This document shows positions 55,301 to 64,000 of a DNA stretch of 64,000 bases, piece after piece (the first letter of the stretch is position 1; every line of letters starts with the position of its first letter). Origin of the DNA: a virus. The stretch is taken from positions 18,076 through 82,075 of the IMG/VR virus record IMGVR_UViG_3300031566_000009; one strand, given 5' to 3'. The position numbers and the translations under genes are program-made. The notes below the pieces were generated by a model. The model was not told the origin of the DNA and made no database searches. It saw only the letters and a list, made by a program, of their open reading frames with translations.

Positions 55301-55527
55301 AACTTCCGCTTATTATGAAAAATGGTGCAACTGGTGGTGCAACTGCAACTCCCTCTGCTGCTACGATTCCCACTGTGCCAATGCCATTACCTGTGCCCAC
55401 ACCATCAATAACAAGTCAATCTAGTGTAGTTGGACCGACGATTCAATTAGTGGCGCATTATGGTAAAGTGCAGTCTATAGCGACTATAAAGGACGACGTG
55501 GAGTTAATGTTATCATATGCGAGTTAG
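52387..55527 (+). CDS. tape measure protein
   Basis: 1046 aa helical, hydrophobic Ala/Gly/Leu central segment, 71-aa coiled-coil repeats. Confidence 0.8.
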   Translation: MAAIGIEFVAVGISRFMRVLTTAESAIKKGSQGFVDAAKTSLSYAQRQQSLAIAINKVKEAQDKNLVVHPAILVAIEKEKRALKLLYAEMRTGRADMVATTAEAGKFARNLYTISFAAGVASAALLKFSQVNLKTALSVEKPAIALEILTENTNAHREAVAAEIVELQNLNMTQGDATQMVARFMAARFDLTKASDVAEMGTHQSILTDLEAIEVIERMTDAIVNRTTRGLRDLDLYMRTNETFEDFAENLEIRIKDMSKSEQMEAIFNAILERTNVLMGVTNELWESGGGLLQIYHTQVKDLQATLGKGLLPSLIDVLKVANDFLEWLNKLPKAATDAIAILALLAGALAGVTTSTLMLVGLLRIAGLDALLAKIGTIATAITPAVGIAVLVLGALTIGISRVTKAIKDLKTAPLEDAIQSMERIFSGILKIPLVPRPIAEWIVRKLRELFDIVTDEAEKAGRDVGRAFIDAMVEEIDAQLRKIDIEATRLAEAFELEQAKATIVLVPLRLQELQIQRNIDKTQRLADAAEELAEGPLKNAQAQLKLLGDISKDLDRALLPYEHALKRTEAAAAEILIPLRAQERSLQRQLDLLERRIALERRSLENALRAAELSLRGIEDQVYALDKALWPLQDAFTQIRADADLVLIPLRRQQRAIERQIDSMTRLSEIEQERIERHLRALEKQRDALQEIIDVDRDRLELINHEIFMEQLRNRILQRVTSAGLLTMQSQSAVLQDQLDLRQEQMKALNEQTKDERERLQDVKDTLEEQLEPLKKRLQLILDAIAPEEERVLFAQEELRLEEARQAASRITLEQQRRLAEEEVEQARRRLEDFDELAIARTQALRDELILIGDVITREEERIQQARDELELARMRQTETRIALENAVLLWEDIRDTAQIHFDIIKETYDTILEGLKNELDAVGFLITAREDELKIISLIRDAVDATLKLEKDQLETRKKYLSILKEIQELPLIMKNGATGGATATPSAATIPTVPMPLPVPTPSITSQSSVVGPTIQLVAHYGKVQSIATIKDDVELMLSYAS

Positions 55528-56422
55528 ACACCAGAAGGGCGAAACTTTTCGCATCGTAACAGCCTGTGACGGAAAAACTTGGTTAGATTGGCCTATGGCT
55601 CTTACGGAGATTAGCGGCTTGGCTATGCCTCCTCTGGAACACAGGACTTCTCGTTCTCCATTTCAACATGGAGAGACCCTGTTGGGCACGGTGCTAAGGC
55701 CAAGGGTAGTGCAAATAAGTATGCACTTGCGGGGCTGTGATAGGCCGCAGATGTGGGCGTTGCGTACTCAGGTAATCGAGTTACTAAATCCCTTGCTGGG
55801 ACAATTCAAGTTTCAGGTGCTCTTCGACGATGGAAATATCTATGAGCTGTGGAACGTAGTCTTCGATGCTGGTTTTGATGCGGGAACCATCGATCAAATT
55901 CAGCCAGAAACACAAAGGATTTCTCTTCGTCTGATTGCCTATGATCCTGTATGGTATAGTCCACAGCAGATAATGGAAATATCTGGTGGAGAATTAGAAC
56001 CCTGGTTGGTCTTTCCTATGGCATTTCCAATCATGTTTGGTGTAGCAGATGAATTATCTGAGATAGTAGATGTACTGAATTCTGGGAATTGGGTATCTCA
56101 TCCTATCATTATCTTCCAGGGACCGATGGAAGGCCCTATCGTAGAAAATCTTACTACAGAAGAAAAGCTGGAACTAAAATACGCCATACCAGCAGGGGAG
56201 ATAGTCACAATAAACACAACTCCAGGAGTAAAGACTGTAACTAATAGTTCAGGAGATAATTTACTTGGCTATTTGAGCAGCGATTCAGATTTAGGAACGT
56301 TTCATCTAGACCCTTCTCCATTAGCACCTTTGGGAGTGAATGAAATCTATTTCTCTGGAATAAACTTGGGTGGGGTGGGACAGGCTAGAATAGAATGGTA
56401 TAATAGATACTTAGGAATATAG
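55517..56422 (+). CDS. distal tail protein (Dit-like)
   Basis: after TMP; P.Q.G, L.A.DP.W, N.G....P.I...GP, G.N.I. Confidence 0.75.
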   Translation: MRVRHQKGETFRIVTACDGKTWLDWPMALTEISGLAMPPLEHRTSRSPFQHGETLLGTVLRPRVVQISMHLRGCDRPQMWALRTQVIELLNPLLGQFKFQVLFDDGNIYELWNVVFDAGFDAGTIDQIQPETQRISLRLIAYDPVWYSPQQIMEISGGELEPWLVFPMAFPIMFGVADELSEIVDVLNSGNWVSHPIIIFQGPMEGPIVENLTTEEKLELKYAIPAGEIVTINTTPGVKTVTNSSGDNLLGYLSSDSDLGTFHLDPSPLAPLGVNEIYFSGINLGGVGQARIEWYNRYLGI

Positions 56423-56433
56423 GAGAGTAATAT

Positions 56434-57420
56434 ATGGCACAAACTTCACAGCCTTGGTTGGGAGTTGCAATCGGAGATGCCTCACGAGCACCTTATTCAG
56501 CCGATGAGTGGGCTGAAATGTTTCGGGATATGTTTGACTCAGACGAGGAGAGAGGCGTTTTGCGAGATCGTGGAGGAGAACTAGCAGGCGCAGTTCTTGG
56601 CGTCACTCAATTCAGGATGGCTTCTGGAGCAGCCTTAGTTAGAGGTAGGTGGTATAACAATAATGCTAATGTAGATTTTGCACCAGCCGTCGCAACTGCT
56701 GGTACACGTAAAGATAGAATCGTCTTATCCTGTTCTTGGAATGATATAAATAGTGCAGCGAGAGATCCAGCTATTCAAACTGCACAGACGATTGTATTGA
56801 TTCGCCTCATTAATCCCAACAATAATGTTGATGCAGTAGCTCCGACTACAACTGACGGTGTTCTTTGGGAAATACCCCTTTACGTAATTGAAATTAATGT
56901 TGCTGGTGCAGTAACCGAGTTTTCGGATGATAGAGAATTCCTCTTAGAGGCTGCAGGTGCTGGTGGATTCTATGATGCTTATGTTTGTGTGCGCGACTTA
57001 GAAGCTCAAGGTGTAAATGGTGGAACTTTCACATTAGGAGCTTGGCGAACACGAGTAATCAATAACGAGCAGGCAGATGCGGCAGGAATTTGTACTCTTG
57101 CAGCCAATCAAATAACTCTCGCTGCTGGAACGTATCGTTGTATGATCTCCGCACCAGCCTTCCGTGTTGGTAATCACCAAACACGTCTCCAAAATATTAC
57201 ACTTGCATCTACTATATTATCAGGTACAACAGAAGGATGTGGTGATGCAGCTTACACAATCACTCGTTCAATCATTGCTGGACGATTCACTTTGGCAGGC
57301 GCACATACCTTGGAAGTGCAACATCGATGTTTAGAGACGATAGCAGGCAGTGGCTTCGGTTCAGCGTGTAACTTTACCGAGGAAATCTATACTATTGCAG
57401 AGTTTTGGAGAGAAGTTTAG
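56434..57420 (+). CDS. minor tail/baseplate protein
   Basis: V..G.A.V.G.WY, R.DRIVL, WEIPL..I motifs; beta-rich C-terminus. Confidence 0.6.
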   Translation: MAQTSQPWLGVAIGDASRAPYSADEWAEMFRDMFDSDEERGVLRDRGGELAGAVLGVTQFRMASGAALVRGRWYNNNANVDFAPAVATAGTRKDRIVLSCSWNDINSAARDPAIQTAQTIVLIRLINPNNNVDAVAPTTTDGVLWEIPLYVIEINVAGAVTEFSDDREFLLEAAGAGGFYDAYVCVRDLEAQGVNGGTFTLGAWRTRVINNEQADAAGICTLAANQITLAAGTYRCMISAPAFRVGNHQTRLQNITLASTILSGTTEGCGDAAYTITRSIIAGRFTLAGAHTLEVQHRCLETIAGSGFGSACNFTEEIYTIAEFWREV

Positions 57421-58980
57421 TTGATCCTGAAATCCTGGCCTTTGCCGCCTGAATTCGCCTATATCAGTCAATATTTCGGTGAAAATCCTGCGGATTATGC
57501 GCTCCATAAATTGGACGGGCATGAAGGTTGGGACTTTCCTTGCCCTGTGGGAACGCCTACTTTTGCCACCCACGATGGCTGGTTAGACCCTCGATGGAGA
57601 GGTGAATATGGTGATTCCGTGCAAGTGCATAATGGAGAAGGCTCTTTCACTCTTCATGCCCACTTAAGTAAAACTATTGGAGTATATGGTAAAACAGTAG
57701 TGGCTGGTCAAATCATTGGAGAAACAGGTAACACTGGAAGCAGCACAGGGCCACATTTACATTGGGGGATTAAGCTAAATGGTAAATCCAATCCTGGATA
57801 TAAAAACTGGCTTGATCCTAAAGACTACTTGATAAAGGAAGATCTCATTATGCCGAGCAAATTATCCTGGCAAGCCCAAAATTGTACTTTTCTGCGTGAT
57901 CCAAATGACTTCGTAGTACGCCACGTCAAAGATTCGGGCGTATGGGCGGCGATGCTTATCGATCCCGACGTACTTGGAAATTCTAATCCATTTCCTGGCG
58001 TGCAGTGTATGGGGCGACTGTGGTTCAAGGGCGATCCTGACCACGCTTTGATTCGTAAAGGAGCACAGGGGGCACGAGAATATGTAGCCCTGTGCGCTCC
58101 GCGTTGGGCGACTTGCCCTTGGATAGCGATTTGGCATGGGCCTAATGAGCCATACACAGGAAATCCTGAAGATCCCAACGACTTCGATCCGATGCGATGG
58201 TTAGCCGAATTCTATGTCGAACTCGTGCGATTGGCCCATCAGCGAGATATGAAGATGGGCGTTGGTGTCTTTGGTACAGCTCAACCAGCAGGCCCAAAGG
58301 CTAATCCTCTGCCCACGATCAATAAGAAGTGGCAAATCTTTGGCCCAGCCTGTGCAGAAGCCGACGCTTTGGTGGTTCACGAGTATGGGATGGATACACT
58401 TAATTCTACCCCAGAAAATGAGTGGCACATCGGCCATTACAAACGTGGGGTAGCGACTTTGCGAGATGCTGGATTTCGTGTTCCACCAATCTGGATTACA
58501 GAACACGGCATCGACCGTGGAGGTGGTGCGACGACAGATGGCTGGCGAGTGAAATTGGGAGGCAATGAAGTTGAGTATATGCGCCAACTAGCGTTTAGAG
58601 ATGTTGAATATGCTGCCGATCCACTCATTCAAATAGTGACACCTTTTGTTTGTCACGACTTCAATTGGCCATCATTCACCATACTAGAGAGTCTATCTAC
58701 CCGCACTGTATGGCATATCAAGAGTAAGGGAGCGTATAAACCTGATGGAGGAAGCATGGAATTCACTGCATTTGAGGTAACTCGATGTCGAACAGAATTG
58801 AACGTAGTTCCAGCCACGATAAAGGCATCGGTTGAGAGAAATTATGTCTGGTTGAAGGAATTATACAAAGCTGGCGATACCTTTGCCTTCGCTTTGGTAT
58901 ATGATTCCCAAACGAAGCGATACAAGGCTCTGAAATTGGAAACTTCGCGTTGGCAAGTCGTATCTTCGATTGACTTATAG
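57421..58980 (+). CDS. endolysin: M23 peptidase + glycoside-hydrolase-like domain
   Basis: H.G.D, AHLS, G.TG.STGPHLH (M23); PNEP, HEY, ITE.G (TIM-barrel GH-like). Confidence 0.75.
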   Translation: MILKSWPLPPEFAYISQYFGENPADYALHKLDGHEGWDFPCPVGTPTFATHDGWLDPRWRGEYGDSVQVHNGEGSFTLHAHLSKTIGVYGKTVVAGQIIGETGNTGSSTGPHLHWGIKLNGKSNPGYKNWLDPKDYLIKEDLIMPSKLSWQAQNCTFLRDPNDFVVRHVKDSGVWAAMLIDPDVLGNSNPFPGVQCMGRLWFKGDPDHALIRKGAQGAREYVALCAPRWATCPWIAIWHGPNEPYTGNPEDPNDFDPMRWLAEFYVELVRLAHQRDMKMGVGVFGTAQPAGPKANPLPTINKKWQIFGPACAEADALVVHEYGMDTLNSTPENEWHIGHYKRGVATLRDAGFRVPPIWITEHGIDRGGGATTDGWRVKLGGNEVEYMRQLAFRDVEYAADPLIQIVTPFVCHDFNWPSFTILESLSTRTVWHIKSKGAYKPDGGSMEFTAFEVTRCRTELNVVPATIKASVERNYVWLKELYKAGDTFAFALVYDSQTKRYKALKLETSRWQVVSSIDL

Positions 58981-58986
58981 GAGGGT

Positions 58987-60228
58987 TTGATAGTGAGGCG
59001 AGTAGCAATTCTGACTGATTTCGTAAGCCATGATCCAGCGTACAGCCTATGTGCAGTTGTAGCAAATCAAGCGAAAATGTTGCATACGGGAGGATATGAA
59101 TTTAAGGTATTGACACGCGCAGAGTTCAAAGCCCCATATGAAATGCAAGTTCTCGATCCTGGAGAGACTGGTAGTAATGTGGTCAATATAACCAGTAAAT
59201 CTGCTAGCGAAATCGATTCATTGACGGAGCAGTTGCGTTCGGCCCTAGTTGGAATAGATGTGGTTCTCACTCACGACTTGTTATGTCAATCTAACTTATG
59301 GAAGTTTCACGTCGCAGCACGTCGCATCGCCAAAGAGCGGCCTGATCTTCGCTGGCTCCACTGGGTACACTCTGGAAGTTCAGGAGACATCTCTGGCCAG
59401 ACAGGTAGATTTCAAGGAGAGTTGCGGGGCAAGTTTGCTAATTCGCGCTTAGTAGTGTTTCACGAAGAAGAGGCTATGCGCAAGCGTGCAGCCTTTGGCT
59501 ACGAGATGTACGAGACAGTAATTATCCCAAATCCTATCGACTTCACTGAGAATTATCACCAAGTAGCACTGAAAGCCATCGAGTTAGGTGGCCTTTGGGA
59601 TGCAGACATCATTGCCGTCTATCCCTCCCGACTCGACCGTGGCAAGCAACCGCACATCATCATCGAAGCATTCGTTGGATTGCGGAATATGGGCTGGGAT
59701 GCACGGGTAGTTATTATTGACTTTCACTCGACGGCGGGCGACAAGGCTGTGTATCGTGAGGAGATGAAAAATCAAGCAAGTGCGGCTGGCGTGCCAATAG
59801 TGTTCACCTCCGACTTGGGAGGAGATGCAGCATATCACATTCCACACGAGGCGGTCGTAGACCTATTTGACTTCGCTGACATCCTCGTGCATCCGTCGCG
59901 TTCGGAGAGCGATCCACTCGTCGTGCCAGAGGCAGCTTGGGCACGGTGTGGCTTGGTGCTAAACTTCGACCTACCGATGTTTCGACTGTGGCAGAATCGA
60001 GCACTGCTCTACAAGTTCTCCTCCAATGTAGATGTGGCGACTGGAATGCCTGGAGATACGACGACTAACTATGGTGATAGACACGCCTATATGCGCCACG
60101 TAGCTGGTGGAATCGCCTATATGATGGGTAATGACCCCGTGCTATTGAACCATGCTCGAATGCGCAAAGAAAGGAGCCTGAAGGCAGTATGGGAGAAACA
60201 CCTGTGGCCAGCGATAGAGGCGAACTGA
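58987..60228 (+). CDS. GT-B/GT4-like glycosyltransferase
   Basis: IPN.ID, P.RLD.GK, PS.SES..L...EAA. Confidence 0.75.
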   Translation: MIVRRVAILTDFVSHDPAYSLCAVVANQAKMLHTGGYEFKVLTRAEFKAPYEMQVLDPGETGSNVVNITSKSASEIDSLTEQLRSALVGIDVVLTHDLLCQSNLWKFHVAARRIAKERPDLRWLHWVHSGSSGDISGQTGRFQGELRGKFANSRLVVFHEEEAMRKRAAFGYEMYETVIIPNPIDFTENYHQVALKAIELGGLWDADIIAVYPSRLDRGKQPHIIIEAFVGLRNMGWDARVVIIDFHSTAGDKAVYREEMKNQASAAGVPIVFTSDLGGDAAYHIPHEAVVDLFDFADILVHPSRSESDPLVVPEAAWARCGLVLNFDLPMFRLWQNRALLYKFSSNVDVATGMPGDTTTNYGDRHAYMRHVAGGIAYMMGNDPVLLNHARMRKERSLKAVWEKHLWPAIEAN

Positions 60229-60875
60229 CTAGCATCATCATCCCGTGTTACATCCTGCCCGATAAGGATGCGGAGTTGTTGACATTCCTGAAACGGTGCA
60301 TCGAATCAATCCGTTGCTACACTAAAGACCATGAACTGATTTTGGTAGACAATGGCTCTCCCATTGGTGGTGAATATATGAGGGACGAGGCCGATATTTA
60401 TGTACGCAATCAGAGCAATCTGGGTTTCGCTCCAGCGGTGAACCAAGGACTCAAACTGGCACGAGGTGAGTGGCTCGTGGTGATGAATGATGACATAGAA
60501 TTGATAGACAACTGGTTAGCGATGGCAAGAGAGGCGTGGGAAGATACTACTGGAGTTATCTGCTCCCACCTGCTTGCCCACGATCCTGAGTGCAAAGTTG
60601 GGCGCATGGTAGCTCCTTGGGGGCACTTCTTCGGTGCTCTTTGGATGACCAGACGAGAGATCGTAGATGAGGTGGGATACTTAGATGAAGGCTACGAACG
60701 CGGTATGTTTGAAGATCGTGATTTCGTACTACGCATTTTGCAGACGGGACGCGAGATGGTGAAGGTCGGACATTGCACCCACGTTGGCAATGCCACCTGG
60801 GGCAAACTTCCCAATCAGAAAGAAATCTATCTACGCAATAAAGAACGATTCGAGGCAAAATGGAGCAAAGTATAA
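60189..60875 (+). CDS. GT2 glycosyltransferase
   Basis: SIIIP, VDNGS, N.GFA.AVNQG, NDD, GYLDE.Y..G.FED.D. Confidence 0.9.
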   Translation: MGETPVASDRGELTSIIIPCYILPDKDAELLTFLKRCIESIRCYTKDHELILVDNGSPIGGEYMRDEADIYVRNQSNLGFAPAVNQGLKLARGEWLVVMNDDIELIDNWLAMAREAWEDTTGVICSHLLAHDPECKVGRMVAPWGHFFGALWMTRREIVDEVGYLDEGYERGMFEDRDFVLRILQTGREMVKVGHCTHVGNATWGKLPNQKEIYLRNKERFEAKWSKV

Positions 60876-61570
60876 CTGACATCATAGTTACCACTCACAA
60901 TAGACTTGACTATCTGAAACAGACTCTTCAACATATCTGGGAGCGTACCAGATCTCCGTACAAATTGCATGTAATAGATGATGCCTCGAAGTCAGGCAAC
61001 GTCGAGTGGCTCTTAGAGAAATGGCGTGTGGGACGAATCGAGAGTTTGTTATTGCGTGGTGAGAGACATGGGTTGTTACCCAATATAATTGCTGCGACTT
61101 GGATTAGTTTCTCTGACCCGTTCGTAGTGACAGATGATGATATACTCTGTCCAGACGTGGAACCCGACTGGTTGACACGCGGGGTGCGAGCGATGCAAGC
61201 ACGACCACGGTTGGGTCTCTTGGTACTCAATCATCCAGGAGCCAGGCGTGTAGCCCTTCCAGAACTCCAACATCCCAAGGATAAGGAGGTCATATATTGT
61301 ATGGCCGTAGGCGGGACGTTTGCCTTCGTTCGTAGAAAACTGGCCGAAGAAGGAACGTTGCCAAAGCGTCGTTATGATTTTGGAACTACTCCAGCGATGA
61401 TACGTTGCCTCGCTACACGAAATATGGGATATGAGATCGGCTACCTTCGGGAAACTTACTGCCAGCACATTGGAGTTGCTTCGATCCTCACCGAGCGAAA
61501 CTACTCCAAGATAGTGATTGAGCCAGTCGATCTCAAGACCCTTGCGCCTCCTGAAAGGTGGCGTGAATAA
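60860..61570 (+). CDS. GT2 glycosyltransferase
   Basis: T.NRL.YL, IDDAS, TDDD, HIG. Confidence 0.8.
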   Translation: MEQSITDIIVTTHNRLDYLKQTLQHIWERTRSPYKLHVIDDASKSGNVEWLLEKWRVGRIESLLLRGERHGLLPNIIAATWISFSDPFVVTDDDILCPDVEPDWLTRGVRAMQARPRLGLLVLNHPGARRVALPELQHPKDKEVIYCMAVGGTFAFVRRKLAEEGTLPKRRYDFGTTPAMIRCLATRNMGYEIGYLRETYCQHIGVASILTERNYSKIVIEPVDLKTLAPPERWRE

Positions 61571-62127
61571 TGTCCCTAGTACTTCTGAGACGATATAGAC
61601 AATTGATGGCATTGATACCAGAACTCTTCGATCCGAAAAATGCTGGGACTCTTTTATATGTGGGTGCTTGCCCGCAGCGTTGTCATTATAGCACTGAATT
61701 GTATAAAATTGGGCATAAAATCACCGTCTTGGAGATATGGCCAGAGGCAGTTGAGGGTTTGAAAAAAACGCGATGGTGGGGAAATTTCGAGCACGTAATT
61801 TGTGGCGATGTACGTAAGGTTGCCGAGATTGAATTGCCTTATGCGAAGTATGACTACATTTTCTGGTGGCACGGTCCAGAGCACATAGATTGCTCCGAGT
61901 TTCCTGATACTGTTCAGGGATTGGAGAGCATCACAACGCAACTTGTAGTCATGGGTTCACCGTGGGGAATTGCGCCAGGAGGAATAGCCTACGGTAATGA
62001 CGCTAATCGCCACCGTAGTTATTTATACTATGAGGACTATGCACGGTTACGCTATGAGGTCGCGGCACTGGGACCAAAGAATCGGGGGGGCAGTAATTTG
62101 CTGGCCTGGAAATGGATCAAGAAATGA
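61570..62127 (+). CDS. SAM-dependent methyltransferase
   Basis: LYVGA, GDVR, WWHGPEH; paralog of 40897-41475. Confidence 0.7.
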   Translation: MSLVLLRRYRQLMALIPELFDPKNAGTLLYVGACPQRCHYSTELYKIGHKITVLEIWPEAVEGLKKTRWWGNFEHVICGDVRKVAEIELPYAKYDYIFWWHGPEHIDCSEFPDTVQGLESITTQLVVMGSPWGIAPGGIAYGNDANRHRSYLYYEDYARLRYEVAALGPKNRGGSNLLAWKWIKK

Positions 62128-62555
62128 AAATCGATCTTGGTGGTGGTCTGAATTGTCCACAGGGATATGTTGGACTCGACAAGCACGGGGGGCATATACT
62201 GGTTGATTTGGAAGATGGGGCACTTCCGTTCCTCGACGATTCGATTGATGAGATCAGGGCGCATCACATCTTGGAACATATCAGCAATCTCATTCCATTG
62301 ATGAACGACTGTAGGCGGGTTCTCAAGTCAGATGGATTGATGGAAATCGAAGTGCCCAAGTATCCATCCTTTACCTGTTTCGTCGATCCCACGCACGTAA
62401 GGGCATTCGCAGACGGAACTTTTGACTATTTTACGCATCGATTGGCCTATTTCAATTATGGCATCGAGCCGTGGACAATCATTTCTCAGAAGTCGTCTCC
62501 AGACTATTTATGGGTTACATTGATGCCTGATGATATGGACGTAACTGATGGCTAA
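62124..62555 (+). CDS. methyltransferase type 11
   Basis: DLGGG, LPF.D.S.D, H.LEH, RVLK..G, DPTH. Confidence 0.8.
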   Translation: MKIDLGGGLNCPQGYVGLDKHGGHILVDLEDGALPFLDDSIDEIRAHHILEHISNLIPLMNDCRRVLKSDGLMEIEVPKYPSFTCFVDPTHVRAFADGTFDYFTHRLAYFNYGIEPWTIISQKSSPDYLWVTLMPDDMDVTDG

Positions 62556-64000
62556 CTGGGTTAGGGCAATCCTCGAAGCAAATCCTGAACTGGCGGCGTT
62601 GCCCGTTGTGAAGCGGGCGCGTCGCTCTCTGCATCTGCGCCGTCCCGATGGAAAGATTCTGGGGCTGTTCACGGGTAGCCCTATACACTATCAGGATGAG
62701 CAGGGAACTTGGCAGCCCCTAGACACCATGCCCTTGTTTGATATAGGGCGTGGCCTGTGGTACTGCCCTGGACTGAATGTGGTCATCACTGAGACAGGCG
62801 TGGTGCATCTGGGCGACTACAGCCAATGGACCAAGCGCATCGGACTGTTCAGGCCCAGCACGATGGAGTTGCTGGCAACCCGCGAGGTGCCCCTGGGACA
62901 AAGAGAGGACGACGCGCTGATTGCGGAACGCGACGAGTGGCGCGTGGAGCGGCGCATCACCCCTACGGGCTATCGAGAGTTGCTGACCCTGAAGATCAAA
63001 CCCGACATCCCACAGGCACAAGTCGGCGACTTCCTCGTTCTAGAGACAGTGGTGGGCGGCGTCTCTCTGCCCAACGGCTGGGTTGAGGGCGAATACGCCA
63101 TTTCCGAGCACTGGTCGCCTATGCCCGTGGCCTGGGACGCGAACAACGAACCGCTGACGTGCCGTAGGTACTGGCGAGATGGGGTGCTCTACACTGGCAT
63201 CCCCGTCACCGAATTGGCCCACGCTGTCTATCCGATAACCATAGACCCTGACTTCACGGGCAGCACGGCGGATGGGCACGTTAGGGGACTTAGTAACGAT
63301 TATGATACTGCCCGCAGCACTTCTGAGTCGTCTAATATGACTGGTACTACCTTCACCTGTGGTCAGTTGTTCGCCGGAGGTGATTATTATATCTGGCGAA
63401 GTTTCCTGAAGTTCGATACTAGCGGCATTGGTGCTGGGCAGACAATTACTCAAGTTAATCTGAATATGACTGTAGGCACAGACCAAAGTGGTACAGAATT
63501 CGATGTACAGATTGTCAAGCAGGACTGGTCAGCTCAAGACCCAATCGTTGCGGGTAATAGAGAGGACGCCTATGACAACTGCCTAGCGGGTACACTGGAT
63601 GACAATATCTGGCGCAACACTACGGGCATAGTCGTAGACACAAACTACACCAGCGGAAATCTAAGCACCGCCTGGCCCGACCCGCTAGGCGATACTTACT
63701 ATTCTTTGCGAAGCGACCATGATAAAGACGCTACGGAGCCGACAGGGTATGAGTATATCTCCATCTACGCCAAAGAGAACGTAGGCAGCGTCCCCTACCT
63801 TACGATACTGTACGAACCCGAAGCTACAACGACCACGACAACGACAACCAGCACCACTACGACGACCAGCACTACTACGACGACCAGCACTACTACGACG
63901 ACCAGCACTACTACGACGACCAGCACTACTACGACGACCAGCACTACTACGACGACCAGCACTACTACGACGACCAGCACTACTACGACGACCAGCACTA
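62548..64000 (+). CDS. putative virion surface protein: DNRLRE-like domain then mucin-like Thr/Ser tract (runs off window; not in ORF track)
   Basis: open frame read by hand from ATG 62548 (MANWVRAILE) to window end; YPITIDP, RSFLKFDTS, P.L.I.Y motifs; TTTTTS repeats from 63826. Confidence 0.75.
   Translation, partial: MANWVRAILEANPELAALPVVKRARRSLHLRRPDGKILGLFTGSPIHYQDEQGTWQPLDTMPLFDIGRGLWYCPGLNVVITETGVVHLGDYSQWTKRIGLFRPSTMELLATREVPLGQREDDALIAERDEWRVERRITPTGYRELLTLKIKPDIPQAQVGDFLVLETVVGGVSLPNGWVEGEYAISEHWSPMPVAWDANNEPLTCRRYWRDGVLYTGIPVTELAHAVYPITIDPDFTGSTADGHVRGLSNDYDTARSTSESSNMTGTTFTCGQLFAGGDYYIWRSFLKFDTSGIGAGQTITQVNLNMTVGTDQSGTEFDVQIVKQDWSAQDPIVAGNREDAYDNCLAGTLDDNIWRNTTGIVVDTNYTSGNLSTAWPDPLGDTYYSLRSDHDKDATEPTGYEYISIYAKENVGSVPYLTILYEPEATTTTTTTTSTTTTTSTTTTTSTTTTTSTTTTTSTTTTTSTTTTTSTTTTTSTTTTTST
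63859..64000 (+). repeat. 18-bp tandem repeat ACGACGACCAGCACTACT (TTTSTT)
   Basis: 7 full copies plus a 16-nt partial at the window edge. Confidence 0.95.

Noticed and set aside
63795-63998. Minus-strand poly-Val ORF
   Set aside because: Reverse complement of the Thr/Ser repeat of the long plus-strand ORF.
1-64000. Integrase, reverse transcriptase/DGR, alternative genetic code
   Set aside because: No such motifs seen; long genes read through in the standard code and all three stop codons are used.

Overview
The whole window is a tailed dsDNA phage (siphovirus-like) genome segment. No integrase or host genes are visible. A Chloroflexi-like host is my impression only, not shown. It has two divergent arms. 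The left arm (1-23.3 kb, minus strand) carries about 60 small early/accessory genes driven by a repeated sigma70-type promoter with a palindromic spacer. It includes an SSB-like gene, RHH regulators, an amino-DNA methyltransferase, an ArdC-like gene, and a Ro60/TROVE gene preceded by three tightly packed Y-RNA-like ncRNAs. The middle ncRNA is a complete tRNA-Asn(GUU) cloverleaf with a Ro-binding helix inserted into its anticodon stem. A ~1 kb non-coding region with a 103-bp inverted repeat lies at 19.2-20.2 kb, and a G-rich (GCTGGTGG) repeat marks the divergence point. The right arm (plus strand) has promoter-flanked gene cassettes, a dual-coding C5 methyltransferase and a candidate sRNA/membrane-peptide pair. 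It then runs through terminase, an intein-containing portal, protease/scaffold, major capsid, tail genes and an endolysin. Embedded among the structural genes are two clusters totalling about 11 glycosyltransferase domains, 4 methyltransferases, a sugar aminotransferase and an N-acetyltransferase. The window ends in an ORF missed by the track, carrying a mucin-like (TTTSTT)n tract, which suggests a virion glycosylation system. All calls come from reading motifs by eye; no database searches were run.
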